A stretch of 63,756 bases of DNA, the filler included, from Chiloscyllium plagiosum (Eukaryota), in assembly GCF_004010195.1 (NCBI RefSeq). It is 4 parts of one record of this genome, joined end to end, with 100 filler letters (N's around TTAATTAATTAA, not from the genome) between each part and the next. Parts side by side here need not be neighbours in the genome. Positions count along the whole stretch, not along the records: positions 1 to 15,539 come from NC_057716.1; positions 15,640 to 39,076 come from NC_057716.1; 2 more parts are not named here. The stretch is one strand, 5' to 3'. Positions 12,596-24,409 of this stretch are shown piece after piece. Position 1 is the first letter of the stretch, and each line of letters starts with the position of its first letter. The translations under genes and the position numbers were made by a program. A model generated the notes under the pieces. It was not told the DNA's origin. It did no database searches and saw only the letters and a program-made list of their open reading frames with translations.

Positions 12596-15314
12596 ACTGA
12601 CTACCATACATCAGGAGCATCTCCCACAGTCCAAAGATGTGCAGGTTAGGGTGAATTGGCCATGCTAAATTGCCCATAGCGCTAGGTGCATTCGCCAGAG
12701 GGAAATGGGTCTAGGTGAGTTGCTCTTCAGAAGGTCAGTGTGGACTGGTTGGGCTGAACGGCCTGTTTCCACACTGTAGGGAATCTAATCTCATCTAATC
12801 ATTTACCCTATCCACGCCCCTCAAGATTTTATAAATGTCTATAAGGTCCCCCCTTAGCCTCTGGCGCCCCGGGGAAATAGCCCCAGCCTATTGAACCTCT
12901 CCCTTTAGCTCAAACCCTCCAGCCCTGGAGCCCTCCTTTTCTGAACCCTTTCAAGTTTGACAACATCCTTCCTGCAGCAGGGAGACCGGAATAGAATACA
13001 GTAGTACAGAAGTGGCCTTACTAATGTCCTGTACAATGTTCAAACTGGCTGCTCCTCACTGGGCACTGAAAATCAAGTCCCACTATTTCCATAATCCTTG
13101 CAAAAGTTAAACAAATTTAAATGGACGCTGAATTCCCCAATTTCCCGGACTTTGAGACCAAGGTTAACAGAAAGTACAGACTATGAAATTAAAAATCCCC
13201 ATTTATTACAGGAGATTGGACTCTAGCAGCACATAAACAATTGTAAACTGTTCAAAATTTTATACGACTTATTGATGCTCAAATCTCCTTGATAAACTCT
13301 CCCTTGCACACACACGCACGCATAGAGGCATCCCAGGGCAAATCAGTTATGGACAGAGGGGATCATCTGGAAAGACAGTTCATAGAACATAGAACAGTAC
13401 AGGCCCTTCGGCCCTCGATATTGTGCTGGCCTTTTATCCTACTCTAAGATTAGACTAGCCTACAAATCCTTCATTGTCCTATCCTCCATGTACCTACCCA
13501 AGAAGCACTATTTCCCTAATGTATCTGACTACTACTGCTGCTGGCAGTGCATCCCACGCACCAGCCACTCCCTGTGTGAAACATTGTGTGTGTTCCCAGG
13601 ATCTTGTTTTGAGATAATCCTTATAGAGTCTTCTGCTGGCCAGGACGCTGTTTTAGTCGTTTTTCTCTGGATGCTTCCACTGGTTAGTGAGGGACGTAAG
13701 GTGCATTTCCAAAAATGTTACTGACTTATAAGTTTAAAGGTGTGGCATATGCCGAGTGTTGCAGCAAAGATAAAAACTAGTTTCTTCACACTTAGAGAGT
13801 TTTGACTGCAGAGAACAGAGAGACTGTTCCAGAGGTGGGGAAGAACTGAACACCTCTCTCTCTCTCTCTCTGTAACTCATTTCCAACTCCAAGCTGCTCA
13901 GTTAGCTGAGAGCCAATGACACAGTTGTTGGAGTGCAAAAAGATATTGGTCTATGGACTAGTAACCAGTTATCCATCAAACAAGTTGCCAGTTACCAGCA
14001 AAAGCTGTGTACGTGCATTGGTGTAGCATTGAATAATCTGCAAATGAAATTCTGCTTCACGTGGTTGTTTCTAATGATGCCCGCAATGGGGGTCAAAACT
14101 GATACCCTCTCAAACACTGGACCCTTTAAACAACTATTTTCCCATTTCTGTCCCACTGTGTAAAAACACAAGATAAAAAGGCACAGCCTCTACAGAAGCT
14201 GCGATTAAAAACGTTACAACGAGCAACTTGGATGCGTTCAAGGTCATCGGGCAGGGTCATCATTGGCTCTGTGAAAGGGGAAATTGATTCATTGGAGATC
14301 TTTGATGAGGTAATACGTGTAGTGGATAAAGCGAGGGGAGAAAGCACTCCACCCAGATTTCCAGAAGGCATTTGATAAGGTTCAAAGGTTATTGCGGAAA
14401 GTATAAATACTTGTGGTGCAGAGGGTAGCTTTGGGGAATGGATAGAAGATTCAGTTCTGAGAAGGCTCGTGCCAGCCTCAAAACTCTCTTTCTCTCTCTC
14501 TTTCTCAACAGACGCTGCCAGACCTGCTTCAGCATTCTCTGTGTTGGATAGGAGACTGAACCAGCCAGCAGACAGAGTGGCTGAAAATGATCTTTTTTTC
14601 CCAGGTCGACAGGGTGTAGCAACTTAGCGTGCTGGGACTTCAACTGTTCAGTGACTGGGATGAAATGTCAGTGCGGTGGGTTCTGATTTACCGCGATAAT
14701 CCCTTTCCCGTGCAATCCCACGTTATAAGAAAATCACACAATAGCCGTGTGACTTAAACTAATGGGACCAGGATCGCATTATAGCCAACGCAGGTAAGGA
14801 GGGTTCACGTGTATCAAATAACGGTCTAAGTTCTTCAACCGCATCTAAGCTAATTCACATTGAAGAAACGTACAGTAGAGCAGATCCAGTTGGACATCTG
14901 ATCGCCAAATTGTCACAGGACAGGGAGAGAAGTTCCAACAAGGACATAGGAAAGTTGGTGCTAGCTTAAATGAGCGAGCGAAGATGCAGGAAATGGAGTA
15001 TAATATGGGGAAGTGTGAAATTGTCCATTTTGTCAGGATCTGAAAGGCGGGAGGTCGCGGAGCTCTGAGAAGCAGAGGGCTCTGGGTGTCAGAGATGTCA
15101 ACATGCAGGTACAGAAAGTAAAGATGAAGGGGCAGAGTGTTATGGTGTATTGCGAGGGGGAAAGGACAAAGAGTCAGAAAGTTATGCCTCAGTTATACAG
15201 GGCCCTGGTCACACCACGTGGAGTACAGCATACTGTATCGGTCTCCCTTATTTAAGAAAGGATACAAAGGTATTGCGCGCAATTCAGAGAAAGTTTACCA
15301 GATTAATGGTTTGA

Positions 15315-15539
15315 GTGGCTCAGTGGTTAGCGCTGCTGCCCCACGGCGCCAGGGACCCGGGTTCGATTCTAGCCTCGGGCGACTGTCTGTGTGGAATTTG
15401 CACATTCCCCCGTGTCTGCGTGGGTTTCCTCTGGGTTTCCTCCCACAGTCCAAAGATGTGCAGGTTAGGATGGATTGGCCATGCTAAATTGTCCCGTAGT
15501 GCCCAGGGATGTGCAGGTTAGGGTGGATTGGCCGTGCTA
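15315..15539 (+). mobile_element. V-SINE (HE1-like), truncated at the linker
   Basis: A/B boxes and V domain. Confidence 0.85.
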
Positions 15540-15639
15540 NNNNNNNNNNNNNNNNNNNNNNNNNNNNNNNNNNNNNNNNNNNNTTAATTAATTAANNNNN
15601 NNNNNNNNNNNNNNNNNNNNNNNNNNNNNNNNNNNNNNN
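15540..15639. other. Artificial join linker
   Basis: 44 N + TTAATTAATTAA (stops in all six frames) + 44 N. Confidence 0.97.
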
Positions 15640-15869
15640 CTCTCCCCAAATGCCTCCCCCAGCTTCTCCACTGTCTGTAACCACCACCTCCCAAAAACTC
15701 GCCAACTCTGTTCTCCTGCACGTGCCTGATTTAAATCTGTTTGCCACTGATGACTGTGCTTTCATCTGCCTGAGTCCCATACTTTGCATTCTTTATTTAA
15801 CAGATCAATTAATCAGTGTCTCTACCCCCACCACCCCCACCAAGTTGCTATTTAAAACCCTGTCTCTTC

Positions 15870-16192
15870 AATGTTAAAAATCACACAACACCAGGTTATA
15901 GTCCAACAGGTTTATTTGGAAGCACTAGCTTTCGGAGCACTGCTCCTTCATCAGGTGACTGTGGAGTATAAGATCGTAGGACACAGAATTTATAGCAAAT
16001 ATATAATTTCAGTTACATCAAACTGTAAACGTTTGCTATAAATTCTGCGTCTTATGATCTTATACTCCACAACCACCTGATAAAGGGACAGCGCTCCAAA
16101 AGCTAGTGCTTCCAAATAAACTTGTTGGACTATACACTGGTGTTGTGACTTCTAACTTTGTCCACCCCAGTCCAACGCTGGCACCTCCAAAT
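15870..16192. mobile_element. Fold-back PLE-derived element with 11-bp target-site duplication
   Basis: TSD cctgtctcttc at 15859-15869 and 16193-16203. Inverted arms each carry a hammerhead motif. Confidence 0.8.
15923..15957 (-). ncRNA. Minimal type I hammerhead ribozyme motif
   Basis: Minus strand: cac-CTGATGA-a-ggagc(agt)gctcc-GAA-AGCT-A-gtg. Intact core, cac/gtg stem I, palindromic AGCT. Confidence 0.78.
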
Positions 16193-16432
16193 CCTGTCTC
16201 TTCGAGCTAGCTACAGTTTAACATCCTAATTTCAGTTACGTCACACTGAAGGCTTTTGCTATAAATTTTGTCTTACAATTGTGTCCTCCACAACCACCTG
16301 ATGAAGGAGTAGTGTTTTGAAAACTAGCGCTTCCAAATAAACTTATAGGACCATTCCCTGGTGTTGTGTGATTTTTAACTAAATCCTAACTTCTGAGTGA
16401 CAGATTTTGATTGTGTTTCTGTGAATACCTTT

Positions 16433-16748
16433 GGTGGCATGGTGGCACAGTGGTTAGCACTGCTGCCTCACAGCGCCAGAGACCTGGGTTCAATTCCTGC
16501 CTCAGGCGACTGACTGTGTGTGGAGTTTGCACATTCTCCCTGTGTCTGCGTGGGTTTCCTCCGGGTGCTCCGGTTTACTCCCACAGTCCAAAGATGTGCA
16601 GGTTAAGTGAATTGGCCACGCTAAATTGCCTGTAGTATTAGGTGAAGGAATAAATGTAGGGGAATGAGTCTGGGTGGGTTGCGCTTCGCCGGGTCGGTGT
16701 GGACTTGTTGGGCCGAAGGGCCTGTTTCCACACTAAGAAATCTAATCA
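16433..16748 (+). mobile_element. V-SINE (HE1-like)
   Basis: tRNA head, V domain, gggcctgtttccacact tail. Confidence 0.88.
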
Positions 16749-17236
16749 TTTTGTGTTAGGGGCTTTTTATAGATGCAAGTGATTTGGTGTTCGGGTTTAT
16801 TGTAACGTGTACTGTGCACTGCTGACAGCTGGGTAAACACATTGATATGTGTTCAAGGAGTGTGGGCTTCAGAGAGGTTTGAGGGCACTTTAGCCTCAGC
16901 CATGTTGCTGAGAGTCTACAGTCACATGTACTCTGAATTGAGTAATGACAGCTAATTTCCTTCCCTAGAGGACGTGGCTGAAGCAGGTGGAGTTTGATGA
17001 CGATCAATTATGCCACTGTTTCACATATTTTTTTAATTCCTTATATTTCAATTCCACTAGTTGCTGCAGGGGTATTTAAACCTGTATTCTGAGAGCATGG
17101 AGATCTCTGTATTCCTAGTTCAGTGAGTTTAGCGTTGCTTCCTCTCTGGTACGCTGTCTCCAAGGCATTCTGTACATACCTTCTCCCTAGATATCCTCTC
17201 GATTTTAATGTAAGACAGCTGATGGATAAATTCTTC

Positions 17237-17446
17237 GAGGAGAAAGTGAGGACTGCAGATGCTGGAGATCAGAGCTGAAAATGTGTTGCTGGGAAAGCGC
17301 AGCAGGTCAGGCAGCATCCAAGGAACAGGAGAATCGACGTTTCGGGCATAAGCCATTCCTGAAGAAGGGCTTATGCCTGAAACGTCGATTCTCCTGTTCC
17401 TTCGATGCTGCCTGACCTGCGCTTTTCCAGCAACATATTTTCAGCA
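17237..17446. mobile_element. Fold-back PLE-derived element with a central hammerhead motif (17355-17390, +)
   Basis: Inverted arms of ~80 bp. attc-CTGAAGA-a-gggc(ttat)gcct-GAA-ACGT-C-gatt. Confidence 0.75.
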
Positions 17447-19384
17447 CTGAAGGATAAAGGAGAGAACTTGTGCTTGGAGGTAGAGGATGTGGGTGAGATC
17501 CTAAATTTGCATCAGTATTCACCCAGGAGAAGGAAAGGGGCAAATTTCTTTTACACAGTGGTACGAGTGTGGAATATACTGCCAGGGGTGGTGGCGGAGG
17601 CAGATATGATGTGAGTTTAAAAGACTTAGATAAGCACGTGAATATGCAAGGAATGGAGGGATATGGGCCAAGGACAGGCAGAAGGGATTTGTTTAATTTG
17701 GCGTCATGGCACCATTTGGCCCACATGGTGGGCAGAAGGGCCCATTCCCCTACTGTACTGTTCTATATTGAAAGCAATAAATGCTGGAGATCACAGGTCA
17801 GACAGCATCCATGGCGAGAGAGCAAGTCTGGATGACTCTTCAGAGCTGAAAAATGTGGAGGGAACAGCACTTATGCTGTAGTTTGGGGTGGTGGGGGAAG
17901 GTGTGGGGACAGTGAGTTGTCAGGTGCTGGAGGAGAAAGGATGCTGATAGTTCAGATTAAGTGGTCGGAATGTGAGAATGGTGTGTCTAACATACAGTCC
18001 CACTGAAGTNNNNNNNNNNNNNNNNNNNNNNNNNNNNNNNNNNNNNNNNNNNNNNNNNNNNNNNNNNNNNNNNNNNNNNNNNNNNNNNNNNNNNNNNNNN
18101 NNNNNNNNNNNNNNNNNNNNNNNNNNNNNNNNNNNNNNNNNNNNNNNNNNNNNNNNNNNNNNNNNNNNNNNNNNNNNNNNNNNNNNNNNNNNNNNNNNNN
18201 NNNNNNNNNNNNNNNNNNNNNNNNNNNNNNNNNNNNNNNNNNNNNNNNNNNNNNNNNNNNNNNNNNNNNNNNNNNNNNNNNNNNNNNNNNNNNNNNNNNN
18301 NNNNNNNNNNNNNNNNNNNNNNNNNNNNNNNNNNNNNNNNNNNNNNNNNNNNNNNNNNNNNNNNNNNNNNNNNNNNNNNNNNNNNNNNNNNNNNNNNNNN
18401 NNNNNNNNNNNNNNNNNNNNNNNNNNNNNNNNNNNATGCCGACCAGTTATCCCAACCCAATCTAGTCCCACCTGCCAGCACCCGGCCCATATCCCTCCAA
18501 ACCCCTCCCACTCATATACACATCCAGATGTAATTGTACCAGCCTCCACCACTTCCTCTGGCAGCTCATTCCATACACGTACCACCCTCGGTGTGAAAGT
18601 TTTGCCCTCAGGTCCCTTTTAAATCTTTTCCCCTCTCACCCTAAACCTATGCCCTCTAGTCTGGACTCCCCAACCCCAGGGAAGAGACTTTGTCTATTTA
18701 CACAATCCATGCCCCTCATGATTTTATAATTTCATTGGATAAACATATGGATGATAATGGAACAGTTAGATGGGCTTCGAATCGGTTTCACAGGTTGGCG
18801 TAACATCGAGGGCCGAAGGGCCTGTACTGTGCTGTAACGCTGTATGCTCGATGAACCTCTATAAGGTCACCCCTCAGCCTCCGACGCTCCAGGGAAAGCA
18901 GCCCCGGCCTGTTCAGCCCCTCCCTGTAGCTCAGACCCTCCAGCCCTTATGGTCTTATGGTCATTTTGGTGTTGATTCCTTTTTTTTGATCACCTTAAAC
19001 CCTCTGGGTCACAACCCTGCCAGACGCCTCCCAGAAACATGGAGACATGAGCAAGGCACAGGTCAGTGTACAGCAGGAGGCACTGGGCACACCCTGCAGC
19101 TGGAGTCTGGCACTGCCATGGGCGCAGGGAGAGCGCGGACAGGAACGGTGTGCCTTAAGGAATGGTTCAGAAAGGGGCCTTGCTCTGTAGGTGAGTGGGC
19201 GAACATCCATGTAGCAGGGCCCAGTCTGACTGGGCCGCCCAATCACTCTCCAGCTTTCCCTCCCTAGCATCAGTAATGAATAGCCCTGGCATTCATCCCA
19301 GCACGTTCACTGTCCATATGGTGGCCTTTCTCACTCGCCATGTTGGAGGCTTCGAAACAGAGAAGCAGAGGAGCAGGATACAAT

Positions 19385-19662
19385 GGGCTGGCACGGTGGT
19401 TCAGTGGTTAGCACTGCTACCTCACAGCGTCAGGGACCCGGGTTCGATTCCACCCTCGGGTGACCGGCTGTGTGGAGTTTGCACATTCTCCCCGCGTCTG
19501 CGTGGGTTTCCTCCCACAGTCCAAAGATGTGCAGGTCAGGTGGGTTAGCCACAGGAAGTGCAGGGTTACAGGGATATGGTGGTCTGGGTGGGCTGTTCAT
19601 TGGAGGGTCGGTGTGGACTTGATGGGCTGAAGGGCCTGCTTACACAGTGTAGGGATTCTATA
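19385..19662 (+). mobile_element. V-SINE (HE1-like)
   Basis: A/B boxes and V domain. Confidence 0.85.
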
Positions 19663-19958
19663 AGGTCTGGGCCATTCGACCCTTCCAGCCTGTCCTACCA
19701 TCCAATAGGGTGACGGTCCAACTCAATTCCCAGCTGAAAACAACAAATCCTGTTGATTACAGCAGGTCAGGCAGCAGCCAGGGAGAGACAGCGAGCCAAC
19801 ACTTTGAGTCGAGACGACTCTTCATCAGAGCTGATGTATGGAGGGGGCAGCCTTTATGCTGTAGTGGGTGTGGTGTAGAGTGCAGCAGTGTGAGAGGACA
19901 CTAATAGTTCAGATTAATTAATCGGAATGTGAGGATGACAGAACAATGGTGCATCTAC

Positions 19959-19994
19959 TTTCCTGATGAAGGGCTTTTGCCCGAAACGTTGACT
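19959..19994 (+). ncRNA. Minimal hammerhead ribozyme motif
   Basis: ttc-CTGATGA-a-gggc(tttt)gccc-GAA-ACGT-T-gac; stem I is weak. Confidence 0.6.
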
Positions 19995-20149
19995 CTCCTG
20001 TTCCTCGGCTGCTGCCTGACCTGCTGTGCTTTTCCAGCACCACGCTCTCGACTCTCCCTGCCTGAGCAGACAGTCCCACTGGGGTGGGGGACAGGGGGTG
20101 AGAGGACATGGCAATAGAGAGTGTAACAAGTAAAATAAAAAAAGAGGGA

Positions 20150-20660
20150 AGTACCATGAGTCGGTTCACGGCTTAAAGGTATTGAACTCAATATTGAGCC
20201 GAGAAGGCTGTAAAGTGCCCAGTCTGAAGATGAGATGTTGTTCCTCCAGTTTGTGCTGTGGTTCACTGCAGCATGTCGAGGGACAGACACATTGAGCACA
20301 CGACCGAACGCTGTGTTAAAATGACCGGCTTTGTGAAGGTCAGGGTCCTGCTTACGCACAGACCGGAGGTGTCCCACAAAGTGGTCACCCAGTCTGCGTT
20401 TGGTTTCTCCAATGTAGAGCAGGCCACATTGGGTGCAGTGAATACAATCCACAAGATTGGGAGGAGGTCCAGGGGAAATGCTGTTTCACCTGGAAAACCT
20501 GTTTAGGCCCTTGGATGGTGAGCAGGGAGGAGGGGAAGGGGCAGATATTGCACCTTCTGTGGTTACATGGTTCTGTGGGGGGGAGGGGGAGCTGGTGGTT
20601 GTGGAATGGACGAGGGTGTCCAGGAGGGAACAGTCCGTGCACAATGCAGACAGGGGAGAA
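20150..20660 (-). mobile_element. Penelope-like element fragment (Neptune-type, GIY-YIG endonuclease)
   Basis: PCNHRRCNIC Cys linker and CIHCTQCGLLYIGETKRRLGDHF in ORFs 20385..20642 and 19955..20452. Confidence 0.82.
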
Positions 20661-21364
20661 GTTCTATGTTCTACTTGCCAAGAGACACTGAGGAGAGTTG
20701 CTGCTTGTCTGACTGAATCAGCTAGGAACACAGAGCAGCCTCATAACCTTCCCAGTTTGAGACACTGAGCCACTCAGCACATTAGGAAAACTGCAATCCC
20801 TTCAAGTATTTCAATTTGAATGGGGGTGGGGAGGAGAAATAGTGAACCACCAGAGAATGCTAATTCAGCATCAACTGAGGCATTGTGGCTAGCTCTGGAC
20901 ACTTCAGGAGGGATGTGAAAGAATTGCTGGTAAAATTCACATGAAGGGCTGAGTGAAACGAAAACAGTGAACATGTTGAATCCAGTGTGACTACTTCAGA
21001 AATAAAAGAAGCTGGAAAGTCATGGTTTTTAGGCTGCTGACAGGAGGAGAAGTGAGTGGTCCAAGTGGTGAGGGTGATCAGAGCAAAAGATGGTAAAGGA
21101 CAGCTAATTTGTATGTGGAAAGTAATGTGATTTTAAAAATAGTTAATCTGCTTTCTAAAATTATTTCATGGGATACGGTCATCGCTCGATGGCCATCATC
21201 TTTGAGATGATGAGGGTGAGCTGTCTCCTTGAACTGTTTACAGTCTTTGGCATGTAGGGACAACCCTAGAGGTGTTGGAGAGGGTGTTCCAGGAGTTAGA
21301 CCTAGAAACAGTGCAGGAACGGCAAGATATTTTCAAGTCAGGGTGGTGAATGCCTTGGAGGGTT

Positions 21365-22280
21365 GATTTGATTTTGATTTTGATTTATTACTGTCACATG
21401 TACCTAGGTGAAAAGTTTTGTTTTGCATGCAGTACAGGCAGATCATAGAACAGAGCAAGGAATACAATGTTACAGCTGCAGAGAAGGCGCACAGAGAGCG
21501 AGATCAACGTTAGATGTGAAATTTGACAGCTCCATTCAGAAGTCTAGTAATGGAAGGGAAGAAGCTGTTCATGAATCTGGTTGTGTGTTTAAGCTTTTGT
21601 ATCTTCTGCCTGACAGAGAAGTTGGGAGAGATTGTAACTGGGGTGGAAGAGGTCTTTGATAATGTTGGTTGCCTTTACAAGGTCGCGAGAGGTATAGATG
21701 GAGTCAATGGATGGAAGGTTAGCTTCTGTATGGTCTGGGCTATGTTCACAACTTTGTAGTTTCTTACGGTCTTGGGCACAGCTGTTGTCATACCAAGCTG
21801 TGATGCATCCAGATAGAATATTATCTATGGTGTATCTATAAAAATTGATAGGAGTCTTTGAATTTCCTTAGCCTCCTGAGAAAGTAGTGGCGTTGTGCTT
21901 TGTGAACTGTCACATCATTTTGGGTGGGCCAGTACAGATTGGTGGTCATCGTCACTCCTAGGAACCTGATGCTCTCAACTCTTTCCACCTCAGCAGACAG
22001 AGGCATGTCCTCCATCTTGATTCCTGAAGTCAATGACTATAGAGTCCTAGAGATGTACAGCATGGAAACAGACCCTTCGGTCCAACTTGTCCATGCCAAC
22101 CAGATATCCCAATCCAAATTAGTCCCACCTGCCAGCACCCGGCTAAACTCTTCCTATTAGCTCTTTAGTTTTGCTGATATTGAGGGAGAAATTGGTATCT
22201 TTACACCACACCACCAACCACTGTGTATTTTGCCTGTATTCTGTCTTGACATTGTTTTGAAATCCGTTTAACAGTAGTAG
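21365..22280 (-). mobile_element. Rex1/Babar-like LINE 3' fragment with a CR1 tail inserted
   Basis: EVERVESIRFLGVT...KAQRHYFLRRLRKF and WCKDTNFSLNISKTKELI. Confidence 0.65.
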
Positions 22281-22584
22281 TGTGGTCATCAAACTTGGTT
22301 GGTATTGGTTAAAAGCGAGACACAGGACAGCATTCCTGTTGTTCTTTATAATGGTTTTGAGCATCTCAGTTTAATGACAGATGGCACCACTCCCTCGCAC
22401 TCTGTGCTGGGAACACCCACTAGAATTTTATCCTCTGCCGTGGTTGTGGGTATCTTCGCCGAGTTGGGAAGTTGATTTAGCATCATAGAGATGTACAGCA
22501 CGGAAACAGACCCTTCGGTCCAACTCCGATATACCAACCTAATCTAGTCCCATTTGCCCATATCCTCTAACCCCTTCCTATTCA

Positions 22585-24100
22585 TAAAGAACAAAGAAAA
22601 TTTATAGCTCAGGAACTGGCCCTTTGGCCCTTTAAGCCTGAGCCGATCCAAATCCATTGTCTAAACCTGTCGCCCAATTCCAAAGCATCCATATCCCTCT
22701 GCTCCCCACCCACTCCTGCATCTGTCCAGATACATCTTAAATGAATCTACCGTGCTTGCCTCTACCACCTCTACTGACAACGTGTTCCAGATGCCCACCA
22801 CCATTTGTGTGAAGTACTTACTGCATGTATCCACCTTAAACTTTCCACCTCTCTCCTTGAAACCGTGACCTCTAGGAAAAAGCTTGTCGCTACCCACCCT
22901 GTCTATACCTCTCAGGACTTTGTAAACCTCAATCAGGTCCCCCCTCAATCTCCTTTTTTCTAATGAAAATAATCCTAACCTACTCAACCTCTCTTCATAG
23001 CTAGCACCTTCCATACCAGGCAACATCCTCGTAAACCTTCTCTGCACCCTNNNNNNNNNNNNNNNNNNNNNNNNNNNNNNNNNNNNNNNNNNNNNNNNNN
23101 NNNNNNNNNNNNNNNNNNNNNNNNNNNNNNNNNNNNNNNNNNNNNNNNNNNNNNNNNNNNNNNNNNNNNNNNNNNNNNNNNNNNNNNNNNNNNNNNNNNN
23201 NNNNNNNNNNNNNNNNNNNNNNNNNNNNNNNNNNNNNNNNNNNNNNNNNNNNNNNNNNNNNNNNNNNNNNNNNNNNNNNNNNNNNNNNNNNNNNNNNNNN
23301 NNNNNNNNNNNNNNNNNNNNNNNNNNNNNNNNNNNNNNNNNNNNNNNNNNNNNNNNNNNNNNNNNNNNNNNNNNNNNNNNNNNNNNNNNNNNNNNNNNNN
23401 NNNNNNNAAATGCCTTACTAAAGTCCATGTATATGACATCTGCAGCCCTTCCTTCATCTATCAACTTGGTCACTTCCTCGAAGAACTCTATCAAGTTGGT
23501 AAGGCATGATCTCCCCCGCACAAAACCATGTTCCCTATCACTGATAAACTCATTCTTTTCTAAATATAAATAGATCCTATCCCTCAGTACCTTCTCCAGC
23601 AACTTTCCCACCACTGACGTCTGTAGTTACCCGGAATATCCCTACTACCCTTCTTGTACAGGGGGACAACATGAGCAACCCTCCAGTCCTCCGGCACCTC
23701 ACCTGTATTTAAGGATGCCACAAAGAGATATCTAGTCAGGGCCCCAGCTATTTCCTCTCTCGCCTCCCTCAGCAACCTGGGATAGATCCCATCCGGTCCT
23801 GGGTATTTGTCTACCTTAATAACCTCTAGTCTACCCAACACATTTTCCTTATATACTCATCCAGATGCCTTTTAAATAATACAATTGTACCAACCTCCAC
23901 CACTTCCTCTGGCAGCTCATTCCAAACACATACCACCCTCTGTGTGAAAAAGTTGCCCCTTGGGTCCCTTTTATATCTTTTCCCTCTCACCCTTAACCTA
24001 AGAACTCTAGCTCTGGACTCCCCCATCCCAGGGAAAAGACAATGTCTATTTACCCTATCCCAGCTCCTCCTGATTTTATAAACCTCTGAGGTTGCCCCTC
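22585..24100 (-). mobile_element. CR1 LINE ORF2 fragments (contains an N gap)
   Basis: HGFVRGRSCLTNLIEFFEEVT, DVIYMDFSKAF and RRLRGDLIEVYK. Confidence 0.92.
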
Positions 24101-24409
24101 ATCCTTCCGTCCCTTTGAGGTGGCAGGTCACCTGGACAGAAGGTGAAACGTCTGCAAACCAACTTCCCAGCTTGGCAAACATACCCACAACCACAACAGC
24201 CAGCACCTGAGTTACAAATCTTCACGCAATCCTTGAATTTTATCCTGTAAGTCTAAACATTTGGATTTGAGCTAAAATTTTCGAACTTGATTGAAGTGTG
24301 ATCCACTGGGCCATGAATGTGATCACCTGAACTCCATTCGTATGTTTCCTGTTACGCTATTGCTAATGGAACCCAACTCCTTAGAAAAAGGAGATAAGAG
24401 AGAAAACAA

